Shown here: positions 28,136 to 41,090 of the stretch, piece after piece
Layout of the letters: every line of letters begins with the position of its first letter
Position numbering within the stretch: position 1 is the first letter of the stretch
Source of the DNA: the human T2T-CHM13v2.0 reference genome, Homo sapiens
Assembly (NCBI RefSeq): GCF_009914755.1
Contig: NC_060925.1
Direction: 5' to 3' (one strand)
DNA: 64,000 nt
The notes under the pieces: generated by a model
What the model was told of the DNA's origin: nothing
Seen by the model: the letters and a program-made list of their open reading frames with translations, nothing else
The model's database searches: none
Position numbers and translations under genes: made by a program

Positions 28136-28418
28136 GGTTGGGCACAGTGATTTACACCTGTAATCCCAGTGCTTTGGGAGGCTGAGGTAGGAGGATCACT
28201 TGAGGCCAGGAGTTCGAGACCAGCCTGGGCAACACGGTGAAACTCAGCTCTACAAAAAATAAAAAAAATCAGCCAGGCGTGGTGGTACATGCCTGTAGTC
28301 CCAGCTGCAGGGGAGGCTGAGGCAGGAGGATCGCTTGAGCCAAGGCTACCATGAGGTAGGGTCACATCATTGCATTCTAGCCTGGGCAATAGAGTGACAC
28401 CCTGTGTCATAAAGAAAA
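28136..28418 (+). mobile_element. AluJ (sense) with right-arm deletion
   Basis: ggaggatcacttgaggccaggagttcgagaccagcctgggcaac. Confidence 0.9.
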
Positions 28419-28558
28419 GAGTCTGGGTGCCAGGAAAGACCTGTCCATTGGTCTAGAGTGATTTTGCTGCCTCTACATGTCTTACATGCCTCTACATGCC
28501 TCTACATGTCTTAACCTTGGTGTGAACTCCTCTAGCCTCTACAGACTAATGGATAGTA

Positions 28559-31030
28559 TGTATCTTAGTCCATTCAGATGGCTATAACAAAATATCATAA
28601 ACTGGATGGCTTCTGAGCATCAGAAATTTATTTCTCACAGTTCTAGAGGCTGGGAAGTCCAAGATCAAGACACTGCCAGATTTGATGTCTGGTAAGGGCC
28701 TGCTTCCTGGTTCACAGGATGGTACCTGTCACTGTGTGCTTTTGTGGTGGAAGGGGTCTAACTCTTTGGCGTCTCTTTTATAAGGGTGCTATTCCCAACC
28801 ATGAAGAATGCCCTCATGACCTAATTACTTCCTAAAGGCACCATCTCCTAGTACCATTACCTTGGGGGTTAGGATTTCAACATAGGAATTTTTGGAGGGA
28901 TGTAAACATTCAATTAATAATATTTTGCCCCTGCCCCCTGAAAATTAATGGCCTCCTTACATGCAAAATACACTCATTCCATCCTAATAGCCCCAATAGT
29001 ATTAACTTGTTCCAGCACCAACTCAAGTGTCTGAAATCCAAAGTCTCATTTAAATATCATCTAAGTCAGATGTGTGTGATACTCAAGGTATGATTCATCC
29101 TTATGCAAATTCCCCTTCAGCTGTGAGCCTGTGAAATCAAGCTCTGTACACCCAAATCCAATGGTGAGACGGGCATAGGATGGACACTCCAATTCCAAAA
29201 GGTAGAAATTGGAAAGAAGAAAGGAGTAAAAGCTCCTGAGGAAGTCCAAAACCTTAAGGCTCAGGAATCATCATGTTTGGCTCATTACTCTGCCCTCCAG
29301 GCCCACTAGGGTGGAGGTTTCACCTCTCAGACACACTGGGGTGCCTCTGGACACATGGTGGTGGGGAGGGGGTTGTGCCTCCTGCAGATCACCCAGGCCA
29401 GAATCTTGAGCTGGTGGCTCTACTGGTCTGGGGTCATGAGACAGTGCCACCCTCATGGCTCTGCTGGGCCCTGCCTCTGTGCAGTTCTTTGTCTGGGCCC
29501 CATGGCTCTCTAGGCATTGTTAGAAATCTAGGTGGAGGCAGCCACACCCCCTCACAGCTTTTCTGGTTGCAGTGCCAACTACACTGCACTGGGGCCCACA
29601 GGAGCCACCCTTGGGGCAGCCAAGGAGTGTGGTGACGGGGAGTGGGGAGCAGAGCCCACAATGTGAGGCAGGACTGGGCAGTGACAGCCCCTCCTTTGCA
29701 TCTGCAATTGCTTTGTCCCCCAGGCCTTTGCACTCTGGCCTGTGATGATGGTGGCAGCAGAGAGGGTCAAAATATTCACAGTATTATAATGTTACATTAC
29801 TTTTTCTCTGACTGAAAAGAACCAATTTTAATTGTAAAACATAACTAAAATCTCACCATCCAAAGATTACCACTGTTGACATTTGGTGTATATCTTTCCA
29901 GCCTTTCATTATTTTATGCACATTGAACACAAATAGTTTTCATGACTGAATTCTCTTTGTGATCACTCTTCCATTGTCTTGGACAGGAGGTCCTGGCTTC
30001 TGTTTAAACAGCTGACTAACCTTATCAGGTGGTTGGTTGGCCACATTCTTGATGTTCTCTCCTGAACAGGCTTTCTCATTCTTGATAGTATGGAAAGGCT
30101 GAGAGTTTTCCAAATCTTTAAGTTCTGCTTCCCTTTTGATTAACAATTTTGTCTTTAAATCACTTTTCTCCTCTGCTGTTTTACTATAAACAGTCAAGAG
30201 GAGCCAAGTTGCACCTTCAACACTTTGCTTAGAAATGGCTTTAGCTAAATATCCAATTTCATTACTCACAAATTCTGCCTTCCACAAAACACTAGGATAC
30301 GAACACAATTCAGCCAAGTTCTTTGCTGGTTCATAACAGGATTGCTTTTCATTCAGTTTTCAATACCATGTTTCTCTTGTCTAAGAAATCATCAGATTGG
30401 CCTTTACCATGCACATTTCCACCAACATTCTGTTCACTACTGCTCAGCTATTCTTTAAGAATATTGAGGCTTTCTCTGCAGCTCTTCTCCTTTCCTTCTG
30501 AGCCCTCGCCAAAATTTCCCTTAAAGATCCATTTACAGCAATGTATACTGCTTAAAGCATGCACCTCCAAACTCTTCCAGCTTCTATCCATTACCCCTTC
30601 CACACTACTTGCATATTTTTGGGTATTTTGTTACAGCAGCACTCCCACTCTTGGTACTGATTTTCTGCCGTAGTCCATTTGAGCTGCTGTAACAAAATAC
30701 TATAAACTGGTTGGCTTATAAGCCACATAAATGTATTGCTCACAGTTCTGGAGTCTGGGAATTCCATGATCAGTGAGTTGGCAGATTCAGTGTCTGGTGA
30801 GGGCCCGCTTCCTTGTTCATAGATTGGCACCTTCTCACTGTCTTCACACGGTAGAAGGAACTAGCTAACTCTCTGAGGTTTCCTTGATGACAGCACTAAT
30901 CCTAATCATGAAGGGTCTGCTCTCATGACCTAATCACTTCTCAAAGGCCCCACCTCCTAGTACCGTCTCTTTGGGGGTTAGGATTTCAACATATGAATTT
31001 TAGTGGGGCACAAACATGCAGACCATAGCA
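28559..31030 (-). mobile_element. Two-LTR MaLR provirus (MLT1A/MLT1A0 LTRs at ~28559-28922 and ~30667-31030, internal region between)
   Basis: Two diverged direct LTRs, both beginning ..tagtccatt and ending ttgggggttaggatttcaacat...aaacat. MaLR-int ORF remnant (LWKAEFVSNEIGYLAKAISKQSVEG) at 29940-30317. cttggtactgattttc lies next to the right-hand (5') LTR. Confidence 0.85.
29758..29946 (+). repeat. ~190-bp dispersed direct duplicate of 31326-31398 + 31692-31815
   Basis: Shared cagagaggg..aaatattcaca..acattactttttctctga..aagaaccaattt..ctcaccatccaaagat..tgacatttggtgtatatctttccagc..attattttatgcacattgaa..tagttttcatgac. Confidence 0.92.
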
Positions 31031-31398
31031 GTGTGTTTGTAATCATGTCTTCTTTTGCTAGTGGTTATTAGGTCAAAATGAACTTGCTTTGGAGAGCTGG
31101 AAAAGGGTTGAAAATGAACCAAGAAGAACTCAGTACATAGCTACAAAAAAAATCTAAGAGTGAAGGGGGAAGGAAAGGAGAAATAAAAATTAGTCTAGCA
31201 TAAAACATGGAGAAGAATACTCACTCATAGAGGATGCTGGGCTTCCTGGCAGAAGTTCTGATGCCAGGCATTTGGAGAAGCAGGATGAAGAAACAGAGGG
31301 GTCTTGAGTACATTTGCCTCTCTAACAGAGAGGGCCCAAATATTCACAACATTGTAAGGTCACATTACTTTTTCTCTGATTTAAAAAAGAACCAATTT

Positions 31399-31691
31399 GG
31401 CTGGGTGTGATGGCTCACACCTGTAATCCTAGCGCTTTGGGAGGCCGAGGTGGGCGGATCACTGGAGGTCAGGAGTTTGAGACTAGCCTGGCCAATGTGG
31501 AGAAACCCCGTCTCTACTACAAATACAAAAAATAGCCAGGTGTGGTGGTACATGCCTGTAATTCCAGCTACTTGGGAGGCTAAGGCACAGAAATAGCTTG
31601 AACCCAGGGAGGCAGAGGTTGGGGTGAGCTGAGATTGTGCCACTGCACTCCAGCCTGGGTGACAGAGTGAAACTCTGTCTTAAAAAAAAAA
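31399..31691 (+). mobile_element. AluSx-like (sense), inserted in the donor copy of the 190-bp duplication
   Basis: Full dimer; absent from the 29758 copy. Confidence 0.9.
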
Positions 31692-32321
31692 TCTTTTTAA
31701 TTGTCAAAAATAACTAAACTCTCACCATCCAAAGATGACCACTTTTGACATTTGGTGTATATCTTTCCAGCTTTGGATTATTTTATGCACATTGAATAAA
31801 AGTAGTTTTCATGACCATATAATATTGAGGTACACACATGCATTTAACCAACACCCTAGTGTTGGACATTTGGGTTATTTCCTTTTAACTTCTCGTTTAT
31901 TAAAACAAACGTGAATGATCTGGCAGGTAGGTGTTTCTGCACTGAGGATTTAGTGATTGACTGGCTTGTAACAGATCTGCTGCCATAGACTTCGTAGGGT
32001 CTCTCAGAGCATGCATGCTTGAGGTAAGGATTCAAATGAAAACCATCCTCAGTTTATGCCCAGAAAGGGGTCTGCCTGGGGTCACTAGTGCATCTGTAAT
32101 TGCAGTTAGGTCTGATCAATACAAGTCTGCAAATATCCAAGGATACCCAATCTTGCTTCTTGGAGAACTCAAATTCTGCTTCCTGTGAACACTAACCAGA
32201 TGAATTCTCCAAAGCAATTACTGTTGTTTCTTAACAGTGCAGATTGGTATGGCTGCATAAAATATCTTCCTGAAGTGACCTGAGGGAAACAAAAGGCAAA
32301 AGGGAAATTCCTGTTGTACCA

Positions 32322-32621
32322 ATTTTTTCCTTTTTTTTTGAGACAGAGTCTCTGTCTGTCACCCAGGGTGGAGCGCAGTGGTACAGTCTCAGCTCATTGC
32401 AATTTCTGCCTCCCGGGTTAAAATGATTCTCCTGCCTCAGCCTCCTGGGTAGCTGGGATTACAGGTGTCTGCCACCACATTCAGCTAATTTTTGTATTTT
32501 TAATAGAGACAGGGTTTCACCATGTCGGCCAGGCTGGTCTCGAACTCCTGACCTCAGGTAATCCACCTGCCTCCACCTCCCAAGGTACTGGGATTATAGA
32601 TGTGAGCCACCGTCCCCGGCC
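32322..32621 (-). mobile_element. AluS
   Basis: Full dimer. Confidence 0.9.
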
Positions 32622-33469
32622 TAATTTACATTTTAAAAGTTAAAGCAACAAGCTTTTCTGGGCATAGTTAACCAAGCAGATGGCAAAAGGGAGAAAGCTG
32701 TTTGTGCAGATGATTGTAATGCCAATGAGCCGACCAAAATTTCTTAGCCTGGCTTCTTGTTGCGGGAGGACAGTTAGAGAGACTGGAAGAATGTATGTTA
32801 GAAAATGGAATAAAAATAAATCCCCTGCTGTGTAGCTCTCTCTTTCCCGCTGGGGGCAGTGCCTGCCACTCTCCTGGCTGCAGAGGGTCCCACAGCACCC
32901 TGATGATGGAGGAGAGAGAAGCTAAGGAGGTACCTCACGGAATGGGCCTTTATGTCATGAGCCCTGATAGTCAAATGCTAAATCAAGCTCATTTCCTCTA
33001 CCGGCTAATGTGTGCAGATGCAGCTTGACATTTAGCATTAGTCTGTCCTCTGCATTTCAAGGGAGCTTTCAGTCTCATAAAATCTTGTCATTGTGAGATC
33101 CAGAAAACTTACTGTTCTCTCTAGTTTTTCTGTATTTATATTTGTTTAGTGGTATAAGGCTGAATGAAATTGAATTCACTTCAAATTTTCCAGCATGTTT
33201 ATGAATTCTAGAATCTATGTGTTTTAAGTTACTGTGCATCTCTAAACAACAGGCAGTGAGGTGAGACCACAGAACTGGGCTTTAAAAATTTTCATCTGTG
33301 TTGTCCACTGTATTGAGTATGCCCTCAGTAGCTTCTATCTATATCTATGAATAATCAAAACATCCCTCTCTTGCCTTTGGTGTTTGGCTCTGAGCTGTCT
33401 CCTAATGCTGCCCTGTAGCTGGTTGTCTGGGATGCCACATGGGAAGGATGGGAAGACACACATGGAGGC

Positions 33470-34312
<843 letters not shown>

Positions 34313-34816
34313 TGACATGCCCACACATCATTTTCCCTTGCTCTCAGCCCATCTTTTTCTCTTTCTCTTCTACCAGTCCTGTGTCTCTTGTTGACTGGGA
34401 CCTGCTTTTGCCAGCCTCAGACATGAGTAGGTGATGGAGGAATTCAGGCAGGGTGGCACCTGTAGCCCGAAACTCCAAATTCCCAGTGGGGAAAATACAC
34501 TGAGTGCTGCCCTCCCCGCTTGGGTTTTTCCAGGGCTGATGCTGGAGTGGAGGGATCAGTGCAGAACGTGTCTTTGGCTCTTGGCACTAGGCTAGCTTGT
34601 TGACCCCCAACCCCCATTCTTATTTTGAGACAAATGTTCAAGCTGAAATACGATTCTTCCAACCAAGAACATTGAGTGTTCCCAAGACAAACCAAACCAA
34701 CCCTCTGTCAGCTGGCATAGCAATAATATTTGTGGGAAGTTTATGAAAAATCTTATCTAAGGGACTGTTTTAGGAATCAAGGCACCATCGAATGACCTCT
34801 TTTGTTTCCACTTTAG

Positions 34817-34988
34817 ATGCAGCAGCAGGAGCATGACTCCCTGAAGGCCAGCCTGTGTGTCCTGGCCCTGGGGCTGGGCCGCCTTCTTTGCTGGTGGTGG
34901 CTGGCCGAGCTGATGGCTCACCTGATGTACATGCATGCCATCTACAGCAGCATCCCCCTCCTGGAGACTGTCTCTTGTTGGACCTTAG
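34817..34988 (+). CDS. HHAT: HHAT internal coding exon (probable exon 7, ~M229-G286), 172 bp, phase 0-1
   Basis: tttccactttag|ATGCAG ... ACCTTAG|gtaatt. Translates MQQQEHDSLKASLCVLALGLGRLLCWWWLAELMAHLMYMHAIYSSIPLLETVSCWTL+G. The next exon (GLALAQ...) was not found in the remaining 29 kb. Confidence 0.97.
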
Positions 34989-35413
34989 GTAATTGTGGGA
35001 ATCACCAACAGTGGGATGAGCCCCAATAGTCCAACAGTTAGCATCAGAATGGAGCTGGAGTGGGGGGTGAGCAGGGGTGCAGGTGCCTATAGCAAACCCT
35101 CTTTATTATTATTTTTTAACCTACTCCTCTTGTGGCCAAGATTGTGCATGTGAGAAGTGGTTGATGTAGCTGACGGAAGTGAGGGCTGTGCTTGTAGTCT
35201 GGGGACCAAGAATGGTGGCATTCTTCTCTGTAATGGGATCCTACTGACCTTAGCTGGGTCCACATCTTCACAGCGTAGCCAATATTGTGTTTAGCAGTAG
35301 AAGGCAGGAGTTGCTGGGGGCAGCTTTGAGTTCATTCTAAGAGAGAATGCTCCAAGATTGAGTTGTTCCACAGTCTTCCTTGTTCTTTGTGCATAAGGTA
35401 TTAAAGAATATGA

Positions 35414-35781
<368 letters not shown>

Positions 35782-36539
35782 TTAACCTCTCGGTTCCAGC
35801 ACCCTCATCTGTAAAATAGGGAGACTTAGCTTTGTGGAATAATAGGAGGATATTAGGCAGCGCTGCACATTGAGGGTGTACCTTGTACACTGTCTCGGGA
35901 TAGAATAAATGGCGTGTGTGTATTTCCCTCTGTAGATCCCCTTTCCTTATCTACCCTTTCCTGTGTGTCTGCCAGGGAGGTGGCATGGAAGTCTTACTTC
36001 CTCAGCAGGGCTAGTCTCCAGTATAGGATTTGTCTGTGGAGAAACCACTGTTCTTTTATTCCTCTGGCCAAAACAGCAGAGCCCACGCCCTTTTCTGAAT
36101 AAAATCTCTTCACTTCCTTGTTCTCTCTCCTTTTGAGGACTCCCGCAGTGGCTGACTTCTGCCTGTGCTCTGACCTCCAGCCTGTAGCTCCAATAACTGT
36201 GTGATCCTCCAGGCAGATCAAGCTGTTCCCTGCTGAGGGCAAGAGTACAAGCCTGACTCCTTCTTTATCTGTTTAACATTTCATAGATCTTCTTAAACAA
36301 ATCTTGATTGTTCTTGGTATCACACGTACTTAATCAGAATGTTTCCAAGGACGAAACCTTTAAGATTGAAAAAATGCTAAGCTAGTTTAATGATAGTCTC
36401 TTTCTTCCAAACAAAACTTTTTATAGTTTGGAGTTGCTAATATTGTAAAGTTTTAATGATACAATTAGACAAACAGAATATGATTAAATGATAGCTTATA
36501 CTAAGTCAGATCCCAGTTGTATGGGATACAAACTAAGGG

Positions 36540-36720
36540 ACTGTTTCAGCTTGAGGGTTTTTAAACTAAAAGTAATGGAAGACACAACTCAAAATGGGGC
36601 TTAAACAATAAGGAAGTTATTCCATATAACAATGATACTTAAGATCGGCACTAGGGGTAGTAAATTATGTGACTCTGATGTCACCAACACACCTTTTGTG
36701 TGTCCACCATTCAGCTTAAG
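36540..36720. mobile_element. MLT1J/K-like LTR, first part
   Basis: aagtaatggaagacacaactcaaaatggggcttaaacaataaggaagtt...tgatgtcaccaa. Confidence 0.5.
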
Positions 36721-37207
36721 AACTAACCAGAATCGTAGAAGCCCTTAGTTTGTACTCGTAATCCCATCAGCCTCTATTACCCTCTCTGAAAAGATTACCT
36801 GAATATTGTATTTATCCTTTTCTTCTTTTTCTTTGTACTTTTACCACAGTTAAATCCTTAAAATTGCATATGTTAACACCTCGTCGTATGAATAGATTCA
36901 TGCTTGTTATGTATGTTCTGTGACTTGGTTTTCTTGTTTAACATTATGTTTTTGAGAAGCATTCATGTTAAGACATGTAACTAGGTAGCACTTATTTTCA
37001 CTGCTGTATGGCATTCCAGTGTATCCATATACAAGAAGTTATTTGTCCGTTCTACATATACGAGGACACTTGAGTTTTTTACAGGGTTTTGCTATTCCAT
37101 ATAATGCCATTTCTGTGTCTCTTGGAGCTCATGTGTAAGGGTTTCCCTGTAGGGCCATAACTTTCAAACTCTTTGGCACATTACCCACAGTAAGAAATAC
37201 ATTTTGC

Positions 37208-37351
37208 CCTAATGCTAAATAACGAGTTGATGGGTTCAGCCCACCAGCATGGCACATGTATACATATGTAGCTAACCTGCACATTGTGCACATGTACCCT
37301 AAAACTTAAAGTATAATAATAATAAAATTTAAAAAAACAAAAAAAAAAACA
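37208..37351 (+). mobile_element. Severely 5'-truncated L1PA (PA3/4-like) 3' stub with poly(A) and perfect 16-bp TSD
   Basis: cctaatgctaaataacgagttgatgggt...ctaaaacttaaagtataataataataaa+A-rich. TSD aagaaatacattttgc at 37192-37207 and 37352-37367. Confidence 0.93.
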
Positions 37352-37716
37352 AAGAAATACATTTTGCATTACAGGTGTGTGCATGAGTGTATGCATGTCT
37401 CTGTGTGTGTGTAAACTCTCACAAAGCCATACTTTACCTTGAACCACCTGCAATGAATACTGACTGATATTTTCGGTTCCATATTATTCTATTTTAAAAT
37501 ATTGGAATATTTTAAAATATTTGAATCTCTGAATTGGGTGAGTCACTATCCAGAGTTTGTCAAGCATTGTTCAAATATATATGTATTCTGAAATAAGTAT
37601 TGTGGGCAGTATATTTGTTCAGATTTATAAGAAAAATTATTTTTTAATTTGGCGAAACCAATTTATGCTCTTCTCGGCAGTGTGTTTCCATTGCTTGAAA
37701 TTCTCACCAACACTTG

Positions 37717-37987
37717 ATACTACTCAAAGCAATTTATAGATTTAATACAATCCCTATCAAAGTACCAGTGACATTCTGCACAGAAATAGAAAAAAACCCC
37801 TAAAATTTGTGTGGAACCACAAAAGATCCTGAATAGCCAAAGCAATCTGAGCAAAAAGAACAAAGCTGGAGTCAGAACACTGCCAGACCTCAAAATATAC
37901 TACAAAGCTGTAGTAACCAAAACATCATGGTACTGGCATAAAAACAGGCACATAGATCAATATAAAAAAATAGAGAACCCAGAAATT
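37717..37987 (+). repeat. ~270-bp L1 ORF2 piece that is an inverted copy of 40525-40797
   Basis: Its reverse complement shares the non-consensus string gaggtctggcagtgttctgactccagc and caggatcttttgtggttccacaca with 40525-40797. Confidence 0.88.
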
Positions 37988-38117
37988 CACGTATCTTTTA
38001 ATTTTGAAAATCTGGTGGGTGTGAATTTTATCTCATAGTTTTAATTTGCCTTTCCTTGGCTACTAATAAGTTTGAGCATCTTTTCATAGGCTTAAAGGAC
38101 TTTGGTATATCATTTCT

Positions 38118-38414
<297 letters not shown>

Positions 38415-38799
38415 TAATTTCTAATGAAATAACTGTTAACTTTTGCCCATTTTTCTAATGGGATTTCTGTCTTTTTCTTGTGGATTCATAAAATTTATAT
38501 TATTTAAAAAAAGTCATATGTGTAGTTGCAAATATTGACATCTTTTGGTTTGTGGTTTGACTTCTAATGTTTTTATGTTGTTTTTTTGACAGCATAAAAG
38601 GGTTTATTTTAATGTAGTTGCATTTAGTCATTTTTATTTATCATTTTTACTTTTTTGGGTCTTTCAAAAATAATTATCTCCTACTCCAAGATGATAAAAA
38701 TATTCTCCACTTTCTTCTAAAGCTTTTAAAGTTAAAAAAATCTTTAGTTATTGTGTACATTTGCATCATAGACTGATAAAATATAAACCATTCAAAATA

Positions 38800-41090
38800 A
38801 TTTTTTAAATTGACAAATAATAATTGTACATACTCATGGGGTGCGTAGTGATGTTTTGATACATACAATGTATGGTGATCAGATCAGGGTAATTAGCATA
38901 TCCATCATCACAAATAGTTATCATTTCTTTGTGTTGGGAACATTCAGTATTTTCCTTCTAGCTATTTGAAACTATGTAATATATTATTAACTCTAGTCAT
39001 CCTACAGTACTATAGAACACTTGAACTTATTCTACCTATTGTAATTTTGTATCTTTTAACAAATCTCTCCCTATCCCTCCCTTTCCAGCTTCTAGTATTT
39101 TATCTTCTGTTTTTTCACTTCTGTATGAACATTTATTAGCTTCCACCTATGAGTGAGAACATGTGGTGTTAACTTTCTGTTTCTAGCTTATTTCACTTAA
39201 CAGAATGTACCCCAGTTCCATCTTTGTTGCCTCAAACAACAAAATTTCATTCTTTTTTATGGTGGCATGGTATTCCATGGTGTAAAAATACCACATTTTC
39301 TTTTTTTTCTTTTTTTTTGAGACGGAGTCTCGCTCCATCGCCCAGGCTGGAGTGCAGTGGCATGACCTCGGCTTACTGCAACCTCTGCCTCTTGGTTTCA
39401 AGTATTCTCTTACCTCAGCCTCCTGAGTAGCTGGGATTACAGGTGCCCACCACCACACCTGGTTAATTTTTATATTTTTAGTAGAGACGGGGTTTCACCA
39501 CGTTGGCCAGGCTGGTCTCGAACTCCTGACCTAAAGTGATCTGCCCACCTCAGCCTCCCAAAGTGCTGGGATTATAGGCAGGAGCCACCATGCCCAGCTT
39601 TAAATACCACATTTTCTTTATCCATTTATCTGTTGTTGGACACCTAGGTTGATTACATATCTTGGCTGTTGTGAATAGTGCTACAGTAAACATGGGGTAT
39701 AGATGTCTCTTGAATATAATGATCTCCTTTTCGTTGGATAAATTCACAGTACTGGGATTGCTGGATCATATGGTAGTTCTATTTGTAGTTTTTTGAAGGA
39801 CTTCCATACTGTTCCCCATAGCGGCTATACTAGTTTGCATTCCCACCAACAATGTGTAAGAATTTACTTTTCTCTTCATCCTCATCACCATTTGTTATTT
39901 TTTTGGCCACTTTCATAATAGTCATCCTAACTCTGGGGTGAGATGATATCCCATTGTGGCTCTGATTTGCATTTCCCTCATGATTAGTGATATTGAGCTT
40001 TTCACATATTTATTGACCATTTCTTTTGAGAAAATATCTGTTCAGATCATTAGCCCATTTTTAAATCAGATTGTTTAGTTTGCTGTTGAGATGTCTGAGT
40101 TCCTTGTATATTCTGGATATTAATCACCTGTTGGATAAGTAGTTTGCAAATATTTTCTCCTATTCTGTAAGTTGTCTTTTCACTCTGTTGTTTCCTTTTC
40201 TTTGCAGAAGCTTTTTAGTTTGATATATCCCATTTGTTTATTTTTGCTTTTGTTGCCTGTGCTTTAGAAGTCTTATTTATAAAACCTTTCCCTGACCAAT
40301 GTCCTGACGGATTCTCCTAATGCTTTCTTCTAGTATTTTTATTGCTTCAGGTATACACATAGGTCTTTGATCCATTTTGAGGGTGAGAGGTGGGGGTCTG
40401 GTTCCATTCTTCTGCATATGGGTATCCAGTTTTCTCAGTACCATTTGTTGAACAGATTGTCCTTTCCTTAATGAGTGTTTTTGGCATCTTTGTCAAAAAT
40501 CAGTTGGCTGTAGATATGTGGATTAATTTCTGGATTCTCTATTCTTTTATATTGATCTACATGCCTGTTTCTATGCATGTACCATGCTGTTTTGGTTACT
40601 ACAGTTTTGTAGTATATTTTGAGGTCTGGCAGTGTTCTGACTCCAGCTTTGTACTTTTTGCTCAGAATTGCTTTGGCTGGTCAGGATCTTTTGTGGTTCC
40701 ACACAATTTTTAGGTTTTTTTCTTCTATTTCTGTGAAGAATGTTACTGGTATTTTGATAGGAATTGTATTAAATCTATCAATTGCTTTGAGTAGTATTGT
40801 CATTTTAACAATATTCTTTCAATCCATGAGCATGGGTTGTTTTTCCATTTCTTTGTATCCTCTTCAGTGTTCGTATTTCTTTCGTCAGCGTTTTGCAGTT
40901 TTCCTTGTGAAGGTCTTCACCTCCTTAGTTATTTCACATTTTTTTAGCTATTAGAAATGGGATTGCCTTCTTGATTTCTTTAGTTCACTGTTGGTGTATA
41001 GAAATGATACTGATTTTTGTATAATTGTACCCTGCAACTTTACTGGATTTGTTTATCAATTCAAATAGTTTTTTTGGTAGAGTCTTTAGG
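38800..41090 (-). mobile_element. L1MA-type (MA4/5-like) 3' ~2 kb
   Basis: aattgacaaataataattgtacatactcatggggt...gatcagatcagggtaattagcatatcc; degraded ORF2 C-terminus. Confidence 0.85.
39301..39599 (-). mobile_element. AluS nested in L1MA with 17-bp TSD
   Basis: TSD aaataccacattttctt at 39286-39302 and 39602-39618. Confidence 0.92.

Noticed and set aside
28468-28513. Short imperfect ~10-bp tandem (gcctctacat)
   Set aside because: About four degenerate units; ordinary slippage with no spacer structure.
32844-32862. Second CTCF-like word cccgctgggggcag (and ccaccgcagggcgc near 63316)
   Set aside because: Two to three mismatches at informative core positions; not supportable without ChIP data.
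34932-35150. TGCATG (RBFOX) words in the fourth exon and ~160 nt downstream
   Set aside because: Single hexamers occur often by chance, and the exonic one is constrained by coding; no conservation data to support function.
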